Assembly (NCBI GenBank): GCA_951406725.2
Contig: OX597817.1
Location: 121,830,001-121,894,000, forward strand
Direction: 5' to 3'
Length of the DNA: 64,000 bases
DNA from: Octopus vulgaris
Lineage: Eukaryota
Program-made: the position numbers and the translations under genes
The notes under the pieces: generated by a model
Database searches by the model: none
Told to the model about the DNA's origin: nothing
Seen by the model: the letters and a program-made list of their open reading frames with translations, nothing else
In this document: in pieces, positions 1 to 12,995 of the stretch
Numbering within the stretch: the first letter of the stretch is position 1
Layout: every line of letters starts with the position of its first letter

Positions 1-219
1 GAAGATTGGCGAAAAGTCACCCGACAGTAAATCAAAATTACATAAATACTATCTGTAATTCTGTATTTACTCGAATGGAAAAAACGTGTCGCTGAAAAAC
101 AATTTTCATGATGTTTTATATTTAGATGACTTTATTAAATTCATTCACCTGTTAAACACAAATATACCTTCGAATTAAATGGTTTTGATTTGCTGTCGGG
201 TGACTTTTGGCCTACCCTG
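1..219. mobile_element. Tc1/mariner-like MITE (~220 bp)
   Basis: Terminal inverted repeats of ~37 bp: 1-37 GAAGATTGGCGAAAAGTCACCCGACAGTAAATCAAAA versus reverse complement of 183-219 CAGGGTAGGCCAAAAGTCACCCGACAGCAAATCAAAA. The right end CCCTG is followed by TA (220-221), the typical Tc1/mariner target. Confidence 0.75.
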
Positions 220-225
220 TATGTG

Positions 226-226
<1 letters not shown>

Positions 227-281
<55 letters not shown>
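227..281. repeat. compound (CA)n(TA)n microsatellite
   Basis: Read directly from the sequence. Confidence 0.95.
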
Positions 282-789
282 GATGTAACTGTGCATAAAA
301 CTGTATATATATATGCATACATATATATGCACAATATAGGACACATTAGAAGACTAACACTAATTTAGAGTACTTAAACTACAGCTTTTAAAGCCTTTAG
401 TCTGAAACTTTAAATAGATATGTATACTATGTGTGATTGCTTTTCATGCAGAAAAATGCAGGATGCCCAGGATGACCTGAGAGTTTTCGTTGTTCGGTTA
501 CAAGGGGATAAGGAAATCCGTCATATTTCTATCCACAAAAGAAATCATTGCCAATCAATACTTGAGTTGGTCGTACACGAGAACTTAGCTGTAGTGGTTA
601 GATTGATTTTCATACCTTTTAATCCTCAGCGGCGTGATTAAGTAATATTTAACACTGTGTATTCAATAACAAGGATAAATTTGAAGTAGTTAAAAATATC
701 GTTTTTAAATCCACCCCTCTGAAACATTTAACAGATGTAAATACATCTTATTGTTTTCACACATGCAGACATCGAAAATATCGAAAATA

Positions 790-882
790 TAAAGGCATCT
801 AAATATAAAACATCATGAAAATAAATTGTTTTTGAGCGACACGTTTTTCCTTTCGAGCCAATACAGAATTACAAGATAGTCA
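790..882 (-). mobile_element. inverted fragment of the same Tc1/mariner-like element (subterminal region)
   Basis: Reverse complement matches 47-135 (GTAATTCTGTATT..CTCGAA.GGAAAAACGTGTCGCT.AAAAACAATT..TTCATGATGTTTTATATTTAGATG). Confidence 0.7.
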
Positions 883-3372
883 TTCTTGACTCGTTTAACA
901 GTACAAAGAGTCCATCAGTTTAGGAGGACTATTAACTGCATCTGATACAGGAAAACATCTACATGGTCACACGCAGTGATCGAAATAACTGCAAATTCTT
1001 CTCAAAAACATACACAATCCTTAAAATTGAGTGTTTATAGCTGGCAGGGTTTTCGCTATAATTCAGCTCGATTAAGGGTTTGCCCGTGGCTAATTAACAA
1101 CAAAATCTTAAACAGCAACAAAATGGTTGCAAAACACTGAATGTATTTTACATTGGATGCTACAAGAATTTTCCTATTATATTTAACTGCATAATTTTTC
1201 CTCTGGCTCTTGCATATTAAGTTTCGCCAGATTTTCGATATCAAAGTATGAAGTTAAATAAACAATAATGACCTGAGAGGATTAATTTATTATTCGCTGC
1301 ATTTAGAACTAGACAGATAAATTAATCAAATTATCCTCACTAGCCATCGGATGAAGAATTAAAATCAAACATTTGATATCAAGGAACATACCGACTGAAA
1401 GCTAATAAGAATTTCTTATTTAGGCACAAGGTCAGAAATTTTGTGAGGACGGATAATCAATTATATCGACCAGAGAACTTTATATTTTTATCGATCTCGA
1501 AAAAAGAAAAAAAACATGATAAAGAAGGAAATTATTCTCTTTAATAAAGCTTTCGTTAAAATGTCTTGGAGAGTATATTTTGGGAAGTGGTATATAATTC
1601 GCAATAGTATATCTAAACAGTTTTGTTTTCGTAATATGATCAAGTTCGTATGCTGTTATTTTTAACGTCAATATTTGCTCATTATAGTATCTTATAAAAT
1701 CCAGAAACCTCAATAGGTCATGAAAACGAACATCAAGGAAATATAGTTCATTATTCCTGGCTGTTAGTCACCCAAAATAAAGTTGATGAAGGCACTAAAG
1801 GGGCAGCTAATATATTCGATTAAATGAGCAATGCCCATAATGATAAGAGAAATATTATTTTAGTAATTATTGGCACCTGGTCAAAAAGGCATAGTAAACG
1901 ACACAATAATTTATACAAATTCACATTAATGAAATATAGAGTAGGAAGTTTCCTTGATGTTTGATAGTACAGTCACATCTCTGAACGTATTTTGATTTTG
2001 TTAGACAACATTAGCGAAGCATATCCTAACCGTATTAAAAGAACTACGAATGCTTACAAAATATACACGAATTTTCGGAAATGTGATGCCATAATTCAAA
2101 GTAGTGACTAAGAAAAAATACAGAGAAGTTATTTGCATCCAAATCTAAGAGAAAAGTGGACGCTAGCAAAGTGAAATTAGTGACTCGAGAAATTATTATA
2201 CCTATTTCTTTCTCTTACGCAGTACTATGACGAACTTCATATCGTTTGCTATTGTGATATATCTAGAAACTGTCGGTGTATGCTTTATTGACTTTAAAAC
2301 AAAAAGTGAAGTGAAAGGGATTTTTTTATCTTTTGAAGAAAACTGGCATCGTAAATTAAACAAATGAATGAAAATCCTCAGTGCACCATACAATTTACAA
2401 GGAGTTAACCTTAATCACACAATAAGTCTCCCTTATTGCTTGTAATCTGTGTCAGATTTTGTAATGCTTTAGTTGCTACATCACTTAATTACTTCATATT
2501 GAATAGGGAATATACGTTAATATTGTCACTGCACACTCCACACAATGAAAGTATCGCGGAGGAAACAAAGCAATGATAATGTATTTCAATAATTATCCAA
2601 AGTTTAAAGATAATTTTCGATATATTGTTTAAAATAAGCAATTTCCTTTTTCTGAGATATTTTCAAATACAAATACGAAGTACGTAAAATCTATCAATCC
2701 ATGCAATCAACTAAAGTAATTTGTTTTATAACATATTTTATGTTTGAAGGTGAGTGAATTTTCTGATATATTTTTAATCAGAAATACTCACCATCCGCTT
2801 GAAACCCAAAAGAAGCTGAGAGAAATTATAGAAGTAGTTTGTAGGTTCATAGACAATAATAAGAATCATAGTCGTGCCGAATCTAGATAAATTAAATGGT
2901 ACTTCTCCATCCCGATATCTGGATACTTAATTACAAATAAACATCATTAGCAAAAGATTGTTAATTCCATGCAGTCAGTAAAACCAAAAAACTAGTATAA
3001 AACAATTACACTACAGATTCTACACGGTTGCTTGAAATGTGACAAATTCACCTCAAACTGCGTTTTACTGTTTTGAAGTAAAAACAATAATACACTGGTT
3101 AATTGTATCTTAGCAATTGTTTGTTATAAATTTCAGATATAAAAAATGCACCAATTGACGGCATATTTCATGTAATGTCAATTTATGGAATATATAGCAA
3201 TTATATTGCTTTTAGTTCCACAAGAAGTTTACGAATTTTACAAAATAAATAAACATATACATACATATACATATGTATGTATGTGACAAGGATAAAGTAG
3301 AACGCAGTCACATTAAATTGCATATACAGTAAAATATAAATACGTCTTGCAAATAATTTCGTTTATATTTTA

Positions 3373-3467
<95 letters not shown>
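3373..3467. repeat. (TG)n(TA)n microsatellite
   Basis: Read directly from the sequence. Confidence 0.95.
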
Positions 3468-3470
<3 letters not shown>

Positions 3471-4149
3471 ATCAGAATCTACATTATGACGTAAAGAAAT
3501 AGACTGCTGCTGTAAAATCTAATTTACAGTTAGCAGAAAGGCGATATCTGCTTTAATATTACTCATTCATTTATTCAGCATTTAATTGAATCCGTGAATT
3601 AAATGTGTACATATAACTGAGTGATAACGGAGGTGTATAGAAATTGGTTTTCGTTAAATGGAGGCTTATCAAAGCAAAATATAAGCAAATTTTTCGCACT
3701 TTTCCATTTTCATCAATGGTTTATGATAATTGGAACTTTTTTTTTTTTTAATTTGCAATAACTTTCAAATACAAGACGCATCGCAAACAAGTACTGTAGA
3801 ATATGAGATTGTTTACATAGCTGTAAAGTTTAGTACAAATAGAATCGGTTTTCAGTTGGTAATCTCGTCTTTGCGATAAAAGAAAAAAGTGCTTCAAACA
3901 GTGTGGTCAATGTTCCTTACCTACAATATACATCCGTATATGCATTTTGGGGTTGATTTTTTTCCTTTGTGGTAAAACTGATACGAAATATTAAGGTTAT
4001 TGTATATAAAATGTTGCAAATTTTCGATAAATATCGTCGTATGTTTATCAGTTGTGAAATGAATAGAAAGCAAAGGTTTATTTTCTATAGATACAGACAT
4101 AAATATAATATTAATATAATTGTTTCCAGTTTATACACAAGGTCAACAA

Positions 4150-4335
4150 TTTTGAGTAGAAGTGTTCACTCGATAACACTAGCGCTATTATTTAACTTGT
4201 ACTTTATTTTATTGATTTCGGTAAGATGCAAAGTAAAATTAACCTCAGCGGGATTTGAAATTAGAATGTGAAGAACGGGAACAAATAGTAAAAAGCATTT
4301 TCTCGTACTGTAACAGATCTTCGAAGCTATCACCT
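4150..4335 (-). mobile_element. degraded tRNA-derived SINE, family M
   Basis: GATGCAAAGTAAAATTAACCTCAGCGGGATTTGAAATTAGAATG is a diverged reverse complement of the B-box/core region of the copy at 8027-8242. Confidence 0.5.
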
Positions 4336-4421
4336 TACATATCATTAATATGATATTGAGCATATAATATAAAAATGGAGGTAAGACATGAATTCAAAAC
4401 TATATAAGTATATATGAATTC

Positions 4422-4424
<3 letters not shown>

Positions 4425-4492
<68 letters not shown>
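4425..4492. repeat. (AC)n(AT)n microsatellite
   Basis: Read directly from the sequence. Confidence 0.95.
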
Positions 4493-4495
<3 letters not shown>

Positions 4496-6396
4496 AAATG
4501 CAGTTCATTTCGAAAATAAATTTCGAATGTTCAATATACTTTCAAAATAGCTAACTAAATGACTAAATATTTTCGAAAGATCTTTACAACTTGACAAAAT
4601 ATCGGTATTACATTCTGCTGTAAAGAAAGCTAATACATTTTATCTCTGTCGAAATATATCCATAAAACGTTATTGATATGGCATGAAAGAAATAGGAGAG
4701 ACGTTCCAACATATAATCGATTAGTTTGTTAAAATATTCTTAAAGCAAGTATAACGTAATATGTTGCGGCAGAACATCATTTTACCCTCTAAGGCATGGT
4801 ATAAATGAAAGTCAGCGGCTTGCCTAGGACTGGAAGATATATGCACCGAACATAAGAAAGCAATTACAATTTGACGACAGGAACATAATTCATAATGTAT
4901 TTCATTGAAATTTTAGAATGATTTCAGTTATCACAGTTTTCTTTTCTTTTTCCTTGCTGAGACAGACATGATGACGATTATTCACCAGTCGAATACGTTC
5001 ATGAAATATCTTTTAACACGCAGGAGAATGGTGAAACGAAATTAAGTAACTTTGGAGTGATAGGCATGTGTCAAAAAGCCTGTTTCTACGACGACTCTAA
5101 AAATCTATCATATTACATAACAAAGGTTAAACGTAAGAACCGCTATATGACAACAATATATTGCAATAGAATTTGAACACACAGTTGTTTTATTGTCAGA
5201 ATGACCTAATACCAAAAAAGGTATATATTCTCGGTGTTTTAAAGAAAATATTTCAACATAACGAAATATAAAACTTCATGATATTTTTTTATTCAAGTTT
5301 GTTTATTGGTCTTTTATTCTTGGTTCCGAACATCAATAGCATCCATGAATTTACTGATATTTTGAGATATTCTTCAGTTATCTCCAGGTTACGTCTGAGG
5401 GAAGCTACCTGGAGATAACCGTTAAGAAATTTTAAATCTAGTGAATGATATTTTTTTATGAATTAGAAATTCGCTCTCATGATTCCTTACTACACGCAAT
5501 AATAACATAATTTCCACTATTTCATTCAGAATGAAAGACAACGAGTTCACGATGTGATAATGTATTTATTACGGTTAACAATGCAAGGAATAAAAGACTA
5601 TGAATATAAAGAAAAAACAAACACAAAAATGATTAAAGATAAAGCAAAAATACTGTCGCATTTTGTATATGACATGTTAAGAAAATTAAACGGCGCTTTG
5701 CACACAATGTGTATGTGTATGTACACACACACTATCCTTTATTAAAGATCTTCCTAATTCATCCTCTCTCTGAAGTCGGCGTTTATATGGATATTTTTTC
5801 TCGTTGAGATATGCACCATATGCATAGCTATTTCAAAAACATCTGTAAGAGACTTAAGGTACAACTTCTGACTCCTTTATTCTTCTTACAGCAATACAAT
5901 TATGTTTGAATGATAAATTCCGTTCTCCATAGTGATAATACGTTTTATCTGTACATTGTTTCTTTCTATTACGTATCTACCCACTCAATGATGAACCACT
6001 TATAGCCACTCATTGCTAGGAAGCTAAAACACTTTTGTTTTAGTCGCATTTCAAGTCATATTTTTAGAGGTAAACCGACCGTCATTATACGTAATTTTAT
6101 CTGTGTTCTCTATATATGTGTATGTATGTTTGTGTGTGTATAGTTAGATAGATATACATACATGGAGAATTCTTATGAATATCCACCAAGGTTTTGTTTT
6201 CAATTAATATGTTCCCTAAGATTGTGTCCGAGGAAAAGATAAGTATTATTCTAAACATTTATGTTCTGATATTTTGTACTCCTGAGTTATTGATGAAACA
6301 AAATGTTCTTTAGTCTCTGGTGTCGATTTTTTGGAGCTACCCCTTCTCTACAAAATTGCTGGCTCCGCCCATAAGTTAGAAACAGTTTTGATTATT

Positions 6397-6570
6397 GAGC
6401 TAGCACACTCATTATTATAAGGCCACACTTTATGTCTCGCTCATCTTTCAGTATTCTGAGTTCAAATTCCGGTAAGAACAAATTTGCCTTTCGTTTTTTT
6501 CCACGTAGTAAGTAGTTAAACACAGGGTTCGATTAAATTCTCTAACCCCATCCCTAAAATTGCTGATCTT
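6397..6570 (+). mobile_element. degraded SINE, family M
   Basis: TTCTGAGTTCAAATTCC...TTTGCCTTTC...CCCTAAAATTGCTG is similar to 8027-8242. Confidence 0.55.
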
Positions 6571-6661
6571 ATTCTTATCATTATCATCATCGTCGTCGTC
6601 GTTCCCGTCGTCATCATAATCATCATCATCATCATTGATAATAATAATAATAATAATAATA

Positions 6662-7539
6662 GAAACAAGCACAGAAAAAGCTAAGCATATGAAAACTCAT
6701 GCTTAAACTGCTGCCTTAGATATTCTTACTGAAAAACCTCTCAATGGTAAATACCCAAAGAAATCTAATAGTGCCGGCAGCCCATGATCAATGCCTACCT
6801 ACAATAAACTACCAGGCCAACATATTAAAGAACGGCAATAGCCCAATATGTCGTGCATGTCAACAACAAAATGAAACAGGCATGATAGAACAGTACAATA
6901 TATTCACTGGATAATTTGGAGATACCTGGACTTACCACTTGATAAAAACTGATAGGAAACACAAACCACACTCAGTGCTTGAAAATGGTCACATCTTACT
7001 CCCTTGGAACGTTACCATTCAAACTATGCGAATAGGCCAGACATTATATTAAAAGACTACAGACAAAATTCATGCCTCTGCATAGATATAACTGTTCCAA
7101 TCGACATAAATGTATCTGTCAAGACCTACGAAAAACTGAGCAAGTATAAATATTGAAATAGAAATTGGCAAAATGTGGAACCTCAAGACTAAAACAATAC
7201 CTGTTGTCATAGGTGCCCTAGGAATGACAGCAAAAGAGGCTAATTGCTACCTAGCTCAGATACCAAGATACCAGAAACACCAAAATAGCCGAAATTCAAA
7301 AGATAGTGGTCATGGGAACTGCTCATATCCTACGTAAATTACTGTCTATGTAATCTCAAATTTTAAAACTAACTCATAATTTTCTTATGATTTCTTAAGC
7401 ATTCTCTAGAACAATAGTATGTGCTAAAATAAATATATTACACCCGAGGTATAACACCAACATGAATTTCTCTCTTGAGGTCTCTGGGTGAGACTTGGAG
7501 CCAATTCGTACAAATACAATGCACAAGTCAAGCCTATAG
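6662..7539 (+). mobile_element. 5'-truncated, decayed Dong/R4-clade non-LTR retrotransposon (CCHC knuckle, restriction-like endonuclease, 3' UTR)
   Basis: Manual translation across stops and frameshifts: EKPLNGKYP...NYQANILKNGNSPICRACQQQNET...HDRTVQYIHW...HKPHSVLENG..WNVTIQT..NRPDIILKDYRQNSCLCIDITVPIDINVSVKTYEKLSKYK..EIGKMWNLKTKTIPVVIGALG...EIQKIVVMGTAHILRKLLSM* (stop 7351-7353). These are the PD..D..K RLE and IPVVIGALG motifs of R4/Dong elements. (TAA)n lies on both sides. Confidence 0.9.
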
Positions 7540-7548
7540 TAATAATAA

Positions 7549-7686
7549 CCCTTTCTACTGGAGGCACAAAACCTCAAATTTGGTGTTAGGGAACTATCGA
7601 CCCCAATGTGTCAATAGTACTTTATTTATCGACCACGAAACAATGAAAGGCAAAGTTGACCTTAGCGCAAAATTTGAACTCAGAAC

Positions 7687-7687
<1 letters not shown>
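7549..7687 (-). mobile_element. SINE family M, 3' part
   Basis: TTTATTTATCGACC..AATGAAAGGCAAAGTTGACCT..ATTTGAACTCAGAAC is the reverse complement of the family core. Confidence 0.75.
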
Positions 7688-7756
<69 letters not shown>

Positions 7757-7768
7757 TAATAATAATAA
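7688..7768. repeat. (TAA)n microsatellite
   Basis: Read directly from the sequence. Confidence 0.95.
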
Positions 7769-7970
7769 TGTGAGCTGGGAAGTCGTTTGCACGCCAGACA
7801 AAATACTTTTATTTCGTTCATCTTTAACGTTCGACGTTCTAATTCCGCCAAGGTCGATCTCGTCTTTCATCCTTTTGACGTCGATAAGTTCCTGTTGAGT
7901 TCTGGACTGACGTAACCGACTTGGTACTTCCCACCAAAATTTCTGACCTAGTGCCTATAATAGTAACGAT
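7769..7970 (+). mobile_element. SINE family M
   Basis: GTGAGCTGGGAAGTCGTTTGCACGCCAGAC...AATTCCGCCAAGGTCGATCTCGTCTTTCATCCTTTTG...AAATTTCTGACCTAGTGCC. Confidence 0.75.
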
Positions 7971-8026
7971 TATTATTTATTTATTTTTTTTATTATTATT
8001 GCTGTTGTTGTTGTTATTATTATTCA

Positions 8027-8242
8027 CGGCGGTGAGCTGGTAGAATCGTTAGTGTGCTAGACCAAATGCTTAGCAGCATTTCGCCCGTCGCTCGCTGTGT
8101 TCTGAGTTCAAATTCCGCCGTGGTCGACTATACCTTTCATCCTTTTGGGGGTCGATGAAAATAAGTAGCAGTTCAAAACTGGGGTCGATGTAATCGACTC
8201 ATCTCCTCCCCCAAATGGCTGCCCTCGTGGCAAAATTTGAAA
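8027..8242 (+). mobile_element. full-length tRNA-derived SINE, family M (core resembles the Meta-SINE domain), followed by an (ATT)n tail
   Basis: A-box-like GAGCTGGTAGAATCG, B-box-like GAGTTCAAATTCC, core CCTTTCATCCTTTTGGGGGTCGATGAAAATAAGTA, tail CAAAATTTGAAAAC then (ATT)n to 8298. More than 10 related copies occur in the window. The Meta-domain resemblance is from memory. Confidence 0.85.
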
Positions 8243-8243
8243 A

Positions 8244-8288
<45 letters not shown>

Positions 8289-10455
8289 CATTATTATTAA
8301 AAGAACTACAAGACTGAAAAGCGTATTGATCCTATCATCAACAAATATGCTTTGTGTTATATCTGCTTTTCCGCAGACCAATATCTCGAATCACCAAAAG
8401 AAGATTAAAGGAAGAACACAACATATATTGAACATGAAATTAAAACATAACTAAATGTTTGTATAGGTTCAATCGTTACGTAATTTTTCTCTATATTCTT
8501 GAATATAAATTGAAATATTCTTTGCTGATATGTAATGTATATATGTCGAATAAAGAGGAAATGAAATGCTAATCTATATTTTTTTTAACTTCTCTCAAAT
8601 AGATACTTAGATGCTTTAGTGCTATCACTGTACATTAAAATACGTTCATTATTGATAAATGGGAAAGAAGAATGAAATATAAATTTAAGTTATCAAACGT
8701 TCTTTCAGATATAAAAGTAGTGAAAATGTCCATGTTATGAACATAAAAAATACACATTCATAGCTATAGTTATAAATATTAATCAAGGAACTAGTATTCA
8801 CATAGAGGTATCTATAATGTTTACAACCAAGGAGGAAGTGTCGCATTCACATGCAACACGCACGCACACACACATGCAGCTATATATATATATACATACA
8901 TAAATACATATATATGTGTGTGTATGTAGGAGGAGAAAGGGAGAATATATATCATGTGAAACTAGACATATATGCATTAAAGAAAGATGCGAAGTTACGT
9001 ATACAAACATAGTATAGCTATTCACTCAGGAAATCATCATTGGTATACACATCAAACTAAAATCAAAGACGACCAGCATGCTAGAAATCATCGATTGCTG
9101 GAACGTAAGATGTCATTGAATCCAATGTTGGAAGTAATCTTCCATAATGAAATAAAAAGTAAACTACATACATTTGTTCAAAACATGTTAAAGCAGTCAA
9201 GTTTCTCTAAGTTTGTAAGAGTAATTTGGAAGACTTATAATGTGGATAAAAATAAAAAAATATCGCATTTTTTCGTAAAATATTTTAATGTTTTTGTAGG
9301 TTTCGTTCATGGAATGTGGACCAACATAGGCACTTACAGATCAAAGACTGCTAATTTTATTTGATGTTTTGTTCCTTCCATCAGTATATATGTTGATATA
9401 TGTCTGATACATATCAAATAAATTCATTTTATTCATTTGCCGTTAGAGAATATTCGTCCTTAATTGCCTCTCAGACTTGTAACAAAATATAATGGTATCT
9501 CAAAGCTGCTACCATGAAACATATTGATAACGAAAATAAAATAAAATAAAACAAAATAGATATTCTGCACTGCATTTGCATTATATTACTTAAAGCAACA
9601 ATATGAGGAAATATCATTTCAAGCATTCTGGCCACTTTCATCTCTACATGGCCTGTATAAGTTTGTTACTCACTCTAAGATATCTTTCATTATCAAATCA
9701 CATTAAACAGAAAATAAGTTTTCTTTTTTTTTTCTACTTTCGAACCCTTATGAATAATAACAACTGTAGAAGAAGTGCTTGTATATGACACGCTTTTAAA
9801 GAATTAAAACATTCTCTGATGAATATGAAAGGTGCAATAAAGACGAAAATCGATTATATCGACGTTTGAGGTTGAAGGAAAAAAAACGTTATAACGAAAT
9901 GAAGAAGATAAAATATACAGGGAAAACAATCACACAATATTGATAACTTTAATGGAATTTGGCAAACTGAGCAGAATTGTCACCTACAGCAATAATAAAA
10001 AAAAAAAGTTTCGGAAAGTTGCAATATTGTTTATGTCTCCTTTTTGTGGCGAATCATGTAGTTCTATGACTGAATGTGCGGAATAATGAGAATGACAGTC
10101 TTGTTCAAACGCTCTTTTCCAATCATACTGCTTCAGTTATAAATAATAGAAGCATTAACTACCTACAAATCTATATGGTGCAATAATGAGCCACGTTTCT
10201 CAATAATCGTATCAAAAGCAGTTAATAAACACAGAGTTTGATTGATACGTTAGGTAATAATCCTCGCTGAGTCTTTCATACTTTTGAGGTCATTAAAAAA
10301 TGTAGCAAACCAGAGCAGTGGATAGACGGAACTGTTAGTGTCAGGCAGATGTTTTTGCAATATCTTTTATGGGCTTTTGCATTCCGATAGTAACGCATGC
10401 CACGATTATATTGTAAAGCTATAACGGCCCTAAGTCAGCAGCCATTCGTCTAAAT

Positions 10456-10777
10456 CAGGTGTTCTCAACGATATTTTATTTATGAATCCCTTTGATTGTT
10501 GTTTTATTCTGGTGGACCCGCATAGCCATTCCATGTTTAAAAACTAGTCTTATAGAAACTTTTCAAAATTCTTATCTTTTTCCTGCATAAACTTGCGTAG
10601 GTTGAACTCTGCAAAATATTAGAGAACGAAATCTAGCTGTTTCTTGCAATACATACCAATACATACAACTAAAGCCAAATATTTCAGGGATCCATCCGAT
10701 ACCGCTTTTGGATCCCAATTTACTGCTTGGTTGCATGAACCCTCAGGGGCCATATGAACTCCGGTTGAGAACCATTG
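10456..10777. mobile_element. hAT (Charlie-like) non-autonomous MITE, 322 bp
   Basis: TIRs CAGGTGTTCTCAAC ... GTTGAGAACCATTG. Perfect 8-bp TSD GTCTAAAT at 10448-10455 and 10778-10785, close to the NTCTAGAN preference of Charlie-type hATs. Confidence 0.9.
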
Positions 10778-11014
10778 GTCTAAATAAACAACAATGGCCT
10801 GGATAGCAGTGTTATTCCTGAACGAGAAACTAGCAGTCTTCACTAAAACAATCGTCATTTGGTCTACGAACATACCTCTACTTTGACAAACCGGTACCCT
10901 TATCTCTGTGTATATCCATCTATCCACCCGTTCATCCATATATGCATGTTTGAAAATATGTAGTGGTTTAATTTTATCTCAGTCGAGATATAAATAAAGG
11001 GATCAATGAAAACG

Positions 11015-11062
11015 ATAATGATAATAATAATAATAGTAATAATAATAATAGTAATAATAATA

Positions 11063-11129
<67 letters not shown>

Positions 11130-11190
11130 TAAAAATAATAATGATTCTTCTTATTCTTATTTATTATTAATATTATTATTATTATTATTA
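11015..11190. repeat. (TAA)n / (TTA)n microsatellite pair
   Basis: Read directly from the sequence. Confidence 0.9.
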
Positions 11191-12659
11191 TCCTTTCTAC
11201 TATAAGCACAACTCCTGATATTTTGGGGATGATGGTAGTCGCTTACATCAGTTTGCATTTTGATGTTTCTTGCATTGAATTTGTTAGCATAAACATAAAA
11301 AACTTTAATATGATTATGACGTGATCGATACGTGTGAAACATGACATTTAGAGCAGCACTCTAATGCATGGCGTTGCAACAAATTATAAAAATAACTGCA
11401 TATGTTGTTTTCGTGTTAACGGAGATAGATTGTTTCGGCAATATCGTTAACCGTATTCTATATTAAAAGGAATATACAAGTTGTACATGGTAATAGGTAG
11501 ATGCAAATATTATATAAGCATAAACACAACTACAGCATTTATACGGTCTCTAGGTATCAGATTAAAACTAATATTCGCACAGTGTTATACATATTTGGCA
11601 TTTATAACCAAGCATATCTCTGGAAAATTAACTTTCTTCTCAGTGCAGACGGTTAATTTAATCATCTCTAACTCTGCAACTGACTATAACTCTACAATTC
11701 AATAAATGTGCGTGTCAATTTCTTACTCGGATAAGTATTAATGACATATATACGAAGCAACTTGGGTTTGCATTACTGAATTTAATTAATATTGCCTGTA
11801 ATCCAGCAAGTGTATTGATGCCATAGTATTAACTTTGGGAATTATATGTAACATAATCTAAATGAAGAGGAGGCATATTGAAAGGTAGTTGTCATGAGAT
11901 GGCTAGAATAAATAGAAGAATATCTGCGTTATTAGCTTCTTTTCTACAGTCAAAGCTGTGTCTTCACTCTGTCATTTTTACCACAGCTAAAGTGGCTTAA
12001 GAGTCACGTATTGTCGAATCATGTCCACTCAAGCCTTTCGAAAGACTAACCTTCTTTCCTTCGTTACCAATATTGTGTCCACTTTCAGACAATGTACTGG
12101 CCACATTTCGTTGTTCTTTTTTGTCAGAACATCAGTCGTCTAGAATTACCTTATCCGTATTTTCTAAAAGTGATTGACTTATAGTTGCACAAAATGAATA
12201 TATATCAATAGCATCGGTGTCACAAGCCTCTACCAAGCTAAGCAAACTATATCAATCGAATCGACTTCAAAATTAAGCACCTGAAAACTGGGTATTAGGT
12301 ATATGAAAACCAATAATTTACAGAAATCCATTAAATCGAATAGTTAATTTAGTATCGAAGTATTTGTAAATATGTCTCAATCCTTTGTCGGGAAAATAGG
12401 TTGAATGCTGTGTATTATCAGTGATTGGTAGTGAAAGGTAGATTTTATATTATGATTGTTAAGAATTGAGGACAACTATTGTGAATATGACGATAATTGT
12501 GAAGGCAATATTGAAAAAATTCAATGAAAATATGGATGCAACCAGTAGATTTTTTATTGTGAAATCAAGTATCTATTATATTACTGACTGACGTTTGGAG
12601 CGTGTGATGTGTATATAAATATATTAATATATTTCATATAGAGAAAGACTGGTAAGCTT

Positions 12660-12995
12660 AGAGTGAAGATGTAGAAATCTGTCTAAAACTGGAAATCAAT
12701 TTGCAAAACTATTGCACAGTGAGAGACCATCATGGGGACTAAGCAGGCAGACGAATGTACGAAGATATGTGAGCTCAAAAGAAGGTCCCTTTAGGACCAG
12801 ATTTAACAACAACAAATCGGCCTACAATATCCAGGAAAGGAGAAATGGGACAGGTTTAGCAAGGCACATATAGTCGTCGAAAGAAAGAGCTGTGGAATAC
12901 AGCATGAATTGGAGAGTGCTGAAAAAAGGAAAACCTAACATGAATAGCAGTGGATGTTGCACGCTATGAATGGCGGGGAGAAAACAATGATACTA
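12660..12995 (+). mobile_element. decayed Penelope-like retroelement, GIY-YIG endonuclease region
   Basis: Translation from 12721: ..RRYVSSKEGPFRTRFNNNKSAYNIQERRNGTGLARHI*SSKERAVEYSMNWRVLKKGKPNMNSSGCCTL*MA(frameshift)EKTMIL. This matches the Penelope EN pattern YIG.TE..FK.R..NH...F......T.LS.HIW.LK.....Y.I.W.IL....PY......C.LC..EK..I. Confidence 0.8.

Noticed and set aside
8987-9364. 125-aa non-repetitive ORF, with a possible splice acceptor at ~9299
   Set aside because: No recognisable domain, AT-rich codon content and no partner exons. It cannot be supported without RNA-seq or homology.
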